This document shows, piece by piece, positions 23,701 through 36,800 of a stretch of 64,000 nucleotides of DNA. The first letter of the stretch is position 1. The number at the start of each line of letters is the position of its first letter. Below the pieces are notes generated by a model. It was not told the DNA's origin. It saw only the letters and a list, made by a program, of their open reading frames with translations, and ran no database searches. Origin of the DNA: Balanoglossus misakiensis (taxonomy: Eukaryota; Animalia; Hemichordata); contig CM082593.2 in the NCBI GenBank assembly GCA_040954595.2, positions 10,925,477 through 10,989,476 of the forward strand, written 5' to 3'. The translations under genes and the position numbers were made by a program.

Positions 23701-26700
23701 ACCATGGGTGAAAATCATGAAAAAATGACAAATTTTCCTCTTTGCAAAATCTCAAAATTTCGTCGATTTTTGAAAAAAAATCATGGGTGAAAATCATCAA
23801 AAAATGACAAATTTTCGTCTTTGCAAAATCTCAAAATTTCGTCCATTTTTGAAAAAAAATCATGGGTAAAAATCATCAAAAATGACAAATTTTCGTCTTT
23901 GCAAAATCTCAAATTTTCGTCGATTTTTGAAAAAAAAATCATGGGTGAAAATCATCAAAAAATGACAAATTTTCGACTTTGCAAAATCTCAAAATTTCGT
24001 CGATTTTTGAAAAAAATCATGTGTGAAAATCATCAAAAAATGACAAATTTTCGTCTTTGCAAAATCTCACAATTTCGTCGATTTTTGAAAAAAATCATGT
24101 GTGAAAATCATCAAAAAATGACAAATTTTCGACTTTGCAAAATCTCAAAATTTCGTCAATTTTTGAAAAAATCATGGGTGAAAATCATCAAAAAATGACA
24201 AATTTTCGTCTTTGCAAAATCTCAACATTTCGTCCATTTAAAAAAAAAAACGGGGGAAAATCATCAAAAAATGACAAATTTTCGACTTTGCAAAATCTCA
24301 AAATTTCGTAAATTTTTGAAAAAATCATGGGTGAAAATCATCAAAAAATGACAAATTTTCGACTTCGCAAAATCTCAAAATTTCGTCGATTTTTAAAAAA
24401 AGACATGGGTGAAAATCATCAAAAAATGACAAATTTTCGACTTTGTAAAATCTCACAATTTCGTCGATTTTGAAAAAAATCATAGGTTCGTCGATTTTTA
24501 AAAAAAAACATGGGTGAAAATAATCACAAAATGACAAATTTTGAAAAAAAAACGGGTGAAAATCATCAAAAAATGACACATTTTCGTCGACTTTGCAAAA
24601 TCTCAAAATTTCGTCGATTTTGAAAAAAATCATAGGTTCGTCGATTTTAAAAAAAAAAACATGGGTGAAAATCATCACAAAATGACAAATTTTGAAAAAA
24701 AAACGAGTGAAAATCATGAAAAAATGACAAATTTTCCTCTTTGCAAAATCTCAAAATTTCGTCAATTTTTGAAAAAATCATGGGTGAAAATCATCACAAA
24801 ATGACAAATTTTGAAAAAAAAACGGGTGAAAATCATCAAAAAATGACAAATTTTCGACTTTGCAAAATCTCAAAATTTCGTCAATTTTTGAAAAAATCAT
24901 TGGTGAAAATCATCAAAAAATGACAAATTTTCGACTTTGCAAAATCTCAAAATTTCGTCAATTTTTGAAAAAATCATGGGTGAAAATCATCACAAAATGA
25001 CAAATTTTGAAAAAAAAACGGGTGAAAATCATCAAAAAATGACAAATTTTCGACTTTGCAAAATCTCAAAATTTCGTCAATTTTTGAAAAAATCATTGGT
25101 GAAAATCATCAAAAAATGACAAATTTTCGACTTTGCAAAATCTCAAAATTTCGTCGGTTTTGAAAAAAATCATGGGCTCGTCGATTTTTTTAAATAAAAA
25201 CATGGGTGAAAATCATCAAAAAATGACAAATGTTCGACATTGCAAAATCTAAAAATTTCGTCGATTTTTGAAAAAAAATCATGGGTGAAAATCATCAAAA
25301 AATGACAAATTTTCGACTTTGCAAAATCTCAAAATTTCGTCAATTTTTAAAAAAATCATGGGTGAAAATCATCAAAAAATGACAAATTTTCGTCTTTGCA
25401 AAATCTCAAAATTTCGTCCATTTTAAAAAAAAAAACGGGGGAAAATCATCAAAAAATGACAAATTTTCGACTTTGCAAAATCTAAAAATTTCGTCGATTT
25501 TTGAAAAAAATCATGGGTGAAAATCATCAAAAAATGACAAATTTTCGACTTTGCAAAATCTCAAAATTTCGTCAATTTTTGAAAAAATCATGGGTGAAAA
25601 TCATCAAAAAATGACAAATTTTCGTCTTTGCAAAATCTCAAAATTTCGTCGGTTTTTGAAAAATAATATGGGTGAAAATCATCAAAAAATGACAAATTTT
25701 TGACTGCAAAATCTCAACATTTCGTCGATTTTTGAAAAAAATCATGTGTGAAAATCATCAAAAAATGACAAATTTTCGACTTTGCAAAATCTCAAAATTT
25801 CGTCGGTTTTGAAAAAATCATGGGTGAATATCATCAAAAAATGACAAATTTTCGACTTCGCAAAATCTCAAAATTTCGTCGATTTTTAATAAAAGACATG
25901 GGTTAAAATCATCAAAAAATGACAAATTTTGAAAAAAAAACGGGTGAAAATCATCAAAAAATGACACATTTTCCTCTGCAAAATCTCAAAATTTCGTCGT
26001 TTTTTGAAAAAAAATCATTGGTGAAAATCATCAAAAAATGACAAATTTTCGTCTTTGCAAAATCTCAAAATTTCGTCCATTTTTGAAAAAAAATCATGGG
26101 TAAAAATCATCAAAAATGACAAATTTTGAAAAAAAAACGGGTGAAAATCATCAAAAAATGACACATTTTCGTCGACTTTGCAAAATCTCAAAATTTCGTC
26201 GATTTTTGAAAAAAATCATGGGGGAAAATCATGAAAAAATGACAAATTTTCCTCTTTGCAAAATCTCAAAATTTCGTCGATTTTTAAAAAAAGACATGGG
26301 TGAAAATCATCAAAAAATAACAAATTTTCGACTTTGCAAAATCTCAAAATTTCGTCCATTTTTGAAAAAAAATCATGGGTAAAAATCATCAAAAAATGAC
26401 AAATTTTCGTCTTTGCAAAATCTCACAATTTCGTCGATTTTTGAAAAAAATCATGTGTGAAAATCATCAAAAAATGACAAATTTTCGACTTTGCAAAATC
26501 TCAAAATTTCGTCAATTTTTAAAAAAATCATGGGTGAAAATCATCAAAAAATGACAAATTTTCGTCTTTGCAAAATCTCAAAATTTCGTCCATTTTAAAA
26601 AAAAAACGGGGGAAAATCATCAAAAAATGACAAATTTTCGACTTTGCAAAATCTAAAAATTTCGTCGATTTTTGAAAAAAATCATGGGTGAAAATCATCA

Positions 26701-29700
26701 AAAAATGACAAATTTTCGACTTTGCAAAATCTCAAAATTTCGTCAATTTTTGAAAAAATCATGGGTGAAAATCATCAAAAAATGACAAATTTTCGTCTTT
26801 GCAAAATCTCAAAATTTCGTCGGTTTTTGAAAAATAATATGGGTGAAAATCATCAAAAAATGACAAATTTTTGACTGCAAAATCTCAACATTTCGTCGAT
26901 TTTTGAAAAAAATCATGTGTGAAAATCATCAAAAAATGACAAATTTTCGACTTTGCAAAATCTCAAAATTTCGTCGGTTTTGAAAAAATCATGGGTGAAT
27001 ATCATCAAAAAATGACAAATTTTCGACTTCGCAAAATCTCAAAATTTCGTCGATTTTTAAAAAAAGACATGGGTTAAAATCATCAAAAAATGACAAATTT
27101 TCGACTTTGTAAAATCTCACAATTTCGTCGATTTTGAAAAAAATCATAGGTTCGTCGATTTTTTAAAAAAAAACATGGGTGAAAATATTCACAAAATGAC
27201 AAATTTTGAAAAAAAAACGGATGAAAATCATCAAAAAATGACACATTTTCGTCGACTTTGCAAAATCTCTAAATTTCGTCGATTTTGAAAAAAATCATAG
27301 GTTCGTCGATTTTTAAAAAAAAAACATGGGTGAAAATCATCACAAAATGACAAATTTTGAAAAAAAAAACGGGTGAAAATCATCAAAAAATGACAAATTT
27401 TCGACTTTGCAAAATCTCAAAATTTCGTCAATTTTTGAAAAAATCATGGGTGAAAATCATCACAAAATGACAAATTTTGAAAAAAAAACGGGTGAAAATC
27501 ATCAAAAAATGACAAATTTTCGTCTTTGCAAAATCTCAAAATTTCGTCCATTTAAAAAAAAAAACGGGGGAAAATCATCAAAAAATGACAAATTTTCGAC
27601 TTTGCAAAATCTCAAAATTCGTCAATTTTTGAAAAAATCATTGATGAAAATCATCAAAAAATGACAAATTTTCGTCTTTGCAAAATCTCAAAATTTCGTC
27701 GGTTTTTAAAAAATAATATGGGTGAAAACCATCAAAAAATGACAAATTTTTGACTGCAAAATCTCAACATTTAGTCGATTTTTGAAAAAAATCATGGGTG
27801 AAAATCATCAAAAAATGACAAATTTTCGACTTTGCAAAATCTCAAAATTTCGTCGGTTTTGAAAAAAATCATGGGTTCGTCGATTTTTTTAAATAAAAAC
27901 ATGGGTGAAAATCATCAAAAAATGACAAATGTTCGACTTTGCAAAATCTCAAAATTTCGTCAATTTTTGAAAACAATCATGGGGGAAAATCATCAAAAAA
28001 TGACAAATTTTCGACTTTGTAAAATCTAACAATTTCGTCGATTTTGAAAAAAATCATAGGTTCGTCGATTTTTTTTAAAAAAAAACATGGGTCAAAATCA
28101 TCACAAAATGACAAATTTTGAAAAAAAACGGGTGAAAATCATCAAAAAATGACACATTTACGACTTTGCAAAATCTCAAAATTTCGTCGATTTTTGGAAA
28201 AAAACCATGGGTGAAAATCATGAAAAAATGACAAATTTTCCTCTTTGCAAAATCTCAAAATTTCGTCGATTTTTGAAAAAAAATCATGGGTGAAAATCAT
28301 CAAAAAATGACAAATTTTCGTCTTTGCAAAATCTCAAAATTTCGTCCATTTTTGAAAAAAAATCATGGGTAAAAATCATCAAAAATGACAAATTTTCGTC
28401 TTTGCAAAATCTCAAATTTTCGTCGATTTTTGAAAAAAAAATCATGGGTGAAAATCATCAAAAAATGACAAATTTTCGACTTTGCAAAATCTCAAAATTT
28501 CGTCGATTTTTGAAAAAAATCATGTGTGAAAATCATCAAAAAATGACAAATTTTCGTCTTTGCAAAATCTCACAATTTCGTCGATTTTTGAAAAAAATCA
28601 TGTGTGAAAATCATCAAAAAATGACAAATTTTCGACTTTGCAAAATCTCAAAATTTCGTCAATTTTTGAAAAAATCATGGGTGAAAATCATCAAAAAATG
28701 ACAAATTTTCGTCTTTGCAAAATCTCAACATTTCGTCCATTTAAAAAAAAAAACGGGGGAAAATCATCAAAAAATGACAAATTTTCGACTTTGCAAAATC
28801 TCAAAATTTCGTAAATTTTTGAAAAAATCATGGGTGAAAATCATCAAAAAATGACAAATTTTCGACTTCGCAAAATCTCAAAATTTCGTCGATTTTTAAA
28901 AAAAGACATGGGTGAAAATCATCAAAAAATGACAAATTTTCGACTTTGTAAAATCTCACAATTTCGTCGATTTTGAAAAAAATCATAGGTTCGTCGATTT
29001 TTAAAAAAAAAACATGGGTGAAAATAATCACAAAATGACAAATTTTGAAAAAAAAACGGGTGAAAATCATCAAAAAATGACACATTTTCGTCGACTTTGC
29101 AAAATCTCAAAATTTCGTCGATTTTGAAAAAAATCATAGGTTCGTCGATTTTAAAAAAAAAAACATGGGTGAAAATCATCACAAAATGACAAATTTTGAA
29201 AAAAAAACGAGTGAAAATCATGAAAAAATGACAAATTTTCCTCTTTGCAAAATCTCAAAATTTCGTCAATTTTTGAAAAAATCATGGGTGAAAATCATCA
29301 CAAAATGACAAATTTTGAAAAAAAAACGGGTGAAAATCATCAAAAAATGACAAATTTTCGACTTTGCAAAATCTCAAAATTTCGTCAATTTTTGAAAAAA
29401 TCATTGGTGAAAATCATCAAAAAATGACAAATTTTCGACTTTGCAAAATCTCAAAATTTCGTCAATTTTTGAAAAAATCATGGGTGAAAATCATCACAAA
29501 ATGACAAATTTTGAAAAAAAAACGGGTGAAAATCATCAAAAAATGACAAATTTTCGACTTTGCAAAATCTCAAAATTTCGTCAATTTTTGAAAAAATCAT
29601 TGGTGAAAATCATCAAAAAATGACAAATTTTCGACTTTGCAAAATCTCAAAATTTCGTCGGTTTTGAAAAAAATCATGGGCTCGTCGATTTTTTTAAATA

Positions 29701-29850
29701 AAAACATGGGTGAAAATCATCAAAAAATGACAAATGTTCGACATTGCAAAATCTAAAAATTTCGTCGATTTTTGAAAAAAAATCATGGGTGAAAATCATC
29801 AAAAAATGACAAATTTTCGACTTTGCAAAATCTCAAAATTTCGTCAATTT
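20760..29850 (+). repeat. Higher-order tandem duplication, period ~4504 bp, containing smaller ~1213-bp and 196-bp duplications
   Basis: Offsets 4503-4505 for 21611/26116, 22903/27407, 23329/27832, 23821/28324, 24741/29245, 24937/29441; 1213 for 20398/21611; 196 for 24741/24937. Confidence 0.9.
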
Positions 29851-30879
29851 TTGAAAACAATCATGGGGGAAAATCATCAAAAAATGACAAATTTTCGACT
29901 TTGTAAAATCTAACAATTTCGTCGATTTTTGGAAAAAAACCATGGGTAAAAATCATGAAAAAATGACAAATTTTCGTCTTTGCAAAATCTCAACATTTCG
30001 TCCATTTTAAAAAAAAAACGGGGGAAAATCATCAAAAAATGACAAATTTTCGACTTTGCAAAATCTCAAAATTTCGTCGATTTTTGAAAAAAATCATGGG
30101 TGAAAATCATCAAAAAATGACAAATTTTGAAAAAAAAACGGGTGAAAATCATCAAAAAATGACACATTTTTGACTTTGCAAAATCTCAAAATTTCGTCGA
30201 TTTTTGAAAAAAAATCATGGGTGAAAATCATCAAAAAATGACAAATATTCGTCTTTGCAAAATCTCAAAATTTCGTCCATTTCTGAAACAAAATTATGGG
30301 TAAAAATCATCAAAAATGACAAATTTTCATCTTTGCAAAATCTCAAAATTTCGTCGAGTTTTGAAAAAAATCATGGGGGAAAATCATGAAAAAATGACAA
30401 ATTTTCCTCTTTGCAAAATCTCAAAATTTCGTCGATTTTTAAAAAAAGACATGGGTGAAAATCATCAAAAAATAACAAATTTTCGACTTTGCAAAATCTC
30501 AAAATTTCGTCCATTTTTGAAAAAAAATCATGGGTAAAAATCATCAAAAAATGACAAATTTTGAAAAAAAAACGGGTGAAAATCATCAAAAAATGACACA
30601 TTTTCGACTTTGCAAAATCTCAAAATTTCGTCGATATTTGAAAAAAAATCATGGGTGAAAATCATCAAAAAATGACAAATTTTCGTCTTTGCAAAATCTC
30701 AAATTTTGTCCATTTCTGAAAAAAAATTATGGGTAAAAATCATCAAAAATGACAAATTTTCATCTTTGCAAAATCTCAAATTTTCGTCAATTTTTGAAAA
30801 AAATCATGGTTGAAAATCATCAAAAAATGACAAAATTTTCGTCTTTGCAAAATCTCAAATTTTCGTCGATTTTTGAAAA

Positions 30880-33800
30880 AAAATCATGGTTGAAAATCAT
30901 CAAAAAATGACAAAATTTTCGACTTTGTAAAATCACAAAATTTCGTCGATTTTGAAAAAAATCATAGGTTCGTCGATTTTTTAAAAAAAAACATGGGTGA
31001 AAATCATCAAAAAATGACAAATTTAAAAAAAAAAACGGGTGAAAATCATCAAAAAATGACACATTTTCGACTTTGCAAAATCTCAAAATTTCGTCGATTT
31101 TTGAAAAAAAAACGGGTGAAAATCATCAAAAAATGACAAATTTTGAAAAAAAAACGGGTGAAAATCATCAAAAAATGACACATTTTCGACTTTGTAAAAT
31201 CACAAAATTTCGTCGATTTTGAAAAAAATCATAGGTTCGTCGATTTTTTTAAAAAAAACATGGGTGAAAATCATCAAAAAATGACAAATTTTGAAAAAAA
31301 AACGGGTGAAAATCATCAAAAAATGACACATTTACGACTTTGCAAAATCTCATAATTTCGTCGATTTTTGAAAAAAAATCATGGGTGAAAATCATCAAAA
31401 AATGACAAATTTTCGTCTTTGCAAAATCTCAAAATTTCGTCCATTTCTGAAAAAAAATTATGGGTAAAAATCATCAAAAATGACAAATTTTCATCTTTGC
31501 AAAATCTCAAATTTTCGTCGATTTTTGAAAAAAAATCATGGTTGAAAATCATCAAAAAATGACAAAATTTTCGACTTTGTAAAATCACAAAATTTCGTCG
31601 ATTTTGAAAAAAATCATAGGTTCGTCGATTTTTTAAAAAAAAACATGGGTGAAAATCATCAAAAAATGACAAATTTAAAAAAAAAACGGGTGAAAATCAT
31701 CAAAAAATGACACATTTATGACTTTGCAAAATCTCAAAATTTCGTCGATTTTTGAAAAAAAATCATGGGTGAAAATCATCAAAAAATGACAAATTTTCGT
31801 CTTTGCAAAATCTCAAAATTTCGTCCATTTTTGAAAAAAAATCATGGGTAAAAATCATCAAAAATGACAAATTTTCGTCTTTGCAAAATCTCAAACTTTC
31901 GTCCATTTTTAAAAAACAATCATGGGGGAAAATCATCAAAAAATGACAAATTTTCGATTTTGCAAAATCTCAAAATTTCGTCGATTTTTGAAAAAAAATG
32001 TGTGAAAATCATCAAAAAATGACACATTTTCGTCGACTTTGCAAAATCTCAAAATTTCGTCGATTGTTGAAAAAAATCATGGGGGAAAATCATGAAAAAA
32101 TGACAAATTTTCGACTTTGCAAAATCTCAAAATTTCGTCAATTTTGAATAAAAATCATGGGTGAAAATCATCAAAAAATGACAAATTTTCGACTTTGCAA
32201 AATCTCACAATTTCGTCGATTTTTGAAAAAAAATCATGGGTGAAAATGCACCAAAAAATGAGAAATTTTCGACTTTGCAAAATATCAAAATTTCGTCAAT
32301 TTTGAAAAAAATCATGGGTGAAAATCATCAAAAAATGACAAATTTTCGACTTTGCAAAATCTCAAAATTTCGTCGATTTTCGAAAAAAATCATGGGTGAA
32401 AATCATCAAAAAAATACAAATTTTCGACTTTGCAAAATCTCAAAATTTCGTCGATTTTTGAAGAAAATCATGGGTGAAAATCATCAAAAAATGACAAATT
32501 TTCGACTTTGCAAAATCTCAAAATTTTTTCGATTGTTGAAAAAAATCATCGGTGAAAATCATCAAAAAATGACAAATTTTCGACTTTGCAAAATCTCAAA
32601 ATTTTGTTGATTTTTGAAAAAATCATAGGTGAAAATCATCAAAAAATGACAAATTTTCGACTTTGCAAAATCTCAAAATTTCGTCGATTTTTGAAGAAAA
32701 TCATGGGTGAAAATCATCAAAAAATGACAAATTTTGAAAAAAAAACGGGTGAAAATCATCAAAAAATGACACATTTACGACTTTGCAAAATCTCAAAATT
32801 TCGTCGATTTTTGAAAAAAAACCGGTGAAAATCATCAAAAAATGACACATTTACGACTTTGCAAAATCTCAAAATTTCGTCGATTTTGAAAAAAAAATCA
32901 TGGGTGAAAATCATCAAAAAATGACAAATTTTCGATTTTGCAAAATCTCAAAAATTTCGTCGATTTTTGAAAAAAAAACGGGTGAAAATCATCAAAAAAT
33001 GACACATTTTCGTCGACTTTGCAAAATCTCAAAATTTCGTCGATTTTTGAAAAAAATCATGGGGGAAAATCATGAAAAAAATGACAAATTTTCCTCTTTG
33101 CAAAATCTCAAAATTTCGTCGATTTTTAAAAAAAGACATGGGTGAAAATCATCAAAAAAATAACAAATTTTCGACTTTGCAAAATCTCAAAATTTCGTCC
33201 ATTTTTGAAAAAAAAATCATGGGTAAAAATCATCAAAAAATGACAAATTTTGAAAAAAAACGGGTGAAAATCATCAAAAAATGACACATTTTGGACTTTG
33301 CAAAATCTCAAAATTTCGTCGATTTTTTGAAAAAAAATCATGGGTGAAAATCATCAAAAAAATGACAAATTTTCGTCTTTGCAAAATCTCAAAATTTCGT
33401 CCATTTTTGAAAAAAAAATCATGGGTAAAAATCATCAAAAATGACAAATTTTCGTCTTTGCAAAATCTCAAATTTTCGTCGATTTTGAAAAAAATCATGG
33501 TTGAAAATCATCAAAAAATGACAAAATTTTCGACTTTGTAAAATCACAAAATTTCGTCGATTTGAAAAAAATCATAGGTTCGTCGATTTTTTAAAAAAAA
33601 ACATGGGTGAAAATCATCAAAAAATGACAAATTTTGAAAAAAAAACGGGTGAAAATCATCAAAAAATGACACATTTTCCTCTGCAAAATCTCAAAATTTC
33701 GTCGTTTTTTGAAAAAAAAATCATTGGTGAAAATCATCAAAAAATGACAAATTTTCGTCTTTGCAAAATCTCAAAATTTCGTCCATTTTTGAAAAAAAAT

Positions 33801-36800
33801 CATGGGTAAAAATCATCAAAAATGACAAATTTTGAAAAAAAAACGGTGAAAATCATCAAAAAATGACACATTTTCGTCGACTTTGCAAAATCTCAAAATT
33901 TCGTCGATTTTTGAAAAAAAAAACGGGTGAAAATCATCAAAAAATGACAAATTTTGAAAAAAAAACGGGTGAAAATCATCAAAAAATGACACATTTTCGA
34001 CTTTGTAAAATCACAAAATTTCGTCGATTTTGAAAAAAATCATAGGTTCGTCGATTTTTTTAAAAAAAACATGGGTGAAAATCATCAAAAAATGACAAAT
34101 TTTGAAAAAAAAACGGGTGAAAATCATCAAAAAATGACACATTTACGACTTTGCAAAATCTCATAATTTCGTCGATTTTTGAAAAAAAATCATGGGTGAA
34201 AATCATCAAAAAATGACAAATTTTCGTCTTTGCAAAATCTCAAAATTTCGTCCATTTCTGAAAAAAAATTATGGGTAAAAATCATCAAAAATGACAAATT
34301 TTCATCTTTGCAAAATCTCAAATTTTCGTCGATTTTTGAAAAAAAATCATGGTTGAAAATCATCAAAAAATGACAAATTTTCCTCTTTGCAAAATCTCAA
34401 AATTTCGTCGATTTTTGAAAAAAAATCATGGGTGAAAATCATCAAAAAATGACAAATTTTCGTCTTTGCAAAATCTCAAAATTTCGTCCATTTTTGAAAA
34501 AAAAATCATGGGTAAAAATCATCAAAAATGACAAATTTTCGTCTTTGCAAAATCTCAAATTTTCGTCGATTTTTGAAAAAAAATCATGGTTGAAAATCAT
34601 CAAAAAATGACAAAATTTTCGACTTTGTAAAATCACAAAATTTCGTCGATTTTGAAAAAAATCATAGGTTCGTCGATTTTTTAAAAAAAAACATGGGTGA
34701 AAATCATCAAAAAATGACAAATTTAAAAAAAAAACGGGTGAAAATCATCAAAAAATGACACATTTACGACTTTGCAAAATCTCAAAATTTCGTCGATTTT
34801 TGAAAAAAAATCATGGGTGAAAATCATCAAAAAATGACAAATTTTCGTCTTTGCAAAATCTCAAAATTTCGTCCATTTTTGAAAAAAAATCATGGGTAAA
34901 AATCATCAAAAATGACAAATTTTCGTCTTTGCAAAATCTCAAACTTTCGTCCATTTTTAAAAAACAATCATGGGGGAAAATCATCAAAAAATGACAAATT
35001 TTCGATTTTGCAAAATCTCAAAATTTCGTCGATTTTTGAAAAAAAATGTGTGAAAATCATCAAAAAATGACACATTTTCGTCGACTTTGCAAAATCTCAA
35101 AATTTCGTCGATTGTTGAAAAAAATCATGGGGGAAAATCATGAAAAAATGACAAATTTTCGACTTTGCAAAATCTCAAAATTTCGTCAATTTTGAATAAA
35201 AATCATGGGTGAAAATCATCAAAAAATGACAAATTTTCGACTTTGCAAAATCTCACAATTTCGTCGATTTTTGAAAAAAAATCATGGGTGAAAATGCACC
35301 AAAAAATGAGAAATTTTCGACTTTGCAAAATATCAAAATTTCGTCAATTTTGAAAAAAATCATGGGTGAAAATCATCAAAAAATGACAAATTTTCGACTT
35401 TGCAAAATCTCAAAATTTCGTCGATTTTTGAAAAAAATCATGGGTGAAAATCATCAAAAAAATGACAAATTTTCGACTTTGCAAAATCTCAAAATTTCGT
35501 CGATTTTTGAAGAAAATCATGGGTGAAAATCATCAAAAAATGACAAATTTTCGACTTTGCAAAATCTCAAAATTTTTTCGATTGTTGAAAAAAATCATCG
35601 GTGAAAATCATCAAAAAATGACAAATTTTCGACTTTGCAAAATCTCAAAATTTTGTTGATTTTTGAAAAAAATCATAGGTGAAAATCATCAAAAAATGAC
35701 AAATTTTCGACTTTGCAAAATCTCAAAATTTCGTCGATTTTTGAAGAAAATCATGGGTGAAAATCATCAAAAAATGACAAATTTTGAAAAAAAAACGGGT
35801 GAAAATCATCAAAAAATGACACATTTACGACTTTGCAATATCTCAAAATTTCGTCGATTTTTGAAAAAAAACCGGGTGAAAATCATCAAAAAATGACACA
35901 TTTACGACTTTGCAAAATCTCAAAATTTCGTCGATTTTTGAAAAAAAATCATGGGTGAAAATCATCAAAAAATGACAAATTTTCGATTTTGCAAAATCTC
36001 AAAATTTCGTCGATTTTTGAAAAAAAACGGGTGAAAATCATCAAAAAATGACACATTTTCGTCGACTTTGCAAAATCTCAAAATTTCGTCGATTTTTGAA
36101 AAAAATCATGGGGGAAAATCATGAAAAAAATGACAAATTTTCCTCTTTGCAAAATCTCAAAATTTCGTCGATTTTTAAAAAAAGACATGGGTGAAAATCA
36201 TCAAAAAATGACAAATTTTCGTCTTTGCAAAATCTCAAAATTTCGTCCATTTTTGAAAAAAAATCATGGGTAAAAATCATCAAAAATGACAAATTTTCGT
36301 CTTTGCAAAATCTCAAATTTTCGTCGATTTTTGAAAAAAAATCATGGTTGAAAATCATCAAAAAATGACAAAATTTTCGACTTTGTAAAATCACAAAATT
36401 TCGTCGATTTTGAAAAAAATCATAGGTTCGTCGATTTTTTAAAAAAAAACATGGGTGAAAATCATCAAAAAATGACAAATTTTGAAAAAAAAACGGGTGA
36501 AAATCATCAAAAAATGACACATTTTCCTCTGCAAAATCTCAAAATTTCGTCGTTTTTTGAAAAAAAATCATTGGTGAAAATCATCAAAAAATGACAAATT
36601 TTCGTCTTTGCAAAATCTCAAAATTTCGTCCATTTTTGAAAAAAAATCATGGGTAAAAATCATCAAAAATGACAAATTTTGAAAAAAAACGGGTGAAAAT
36701 CATCAAAAAATGACACATATTCGTCGACTTTGCAAAATCTCAAAATTTCGTCGATTTTTGAAAAAAATCATGGGGGAAAATCATGAAAAAATGACAAATT

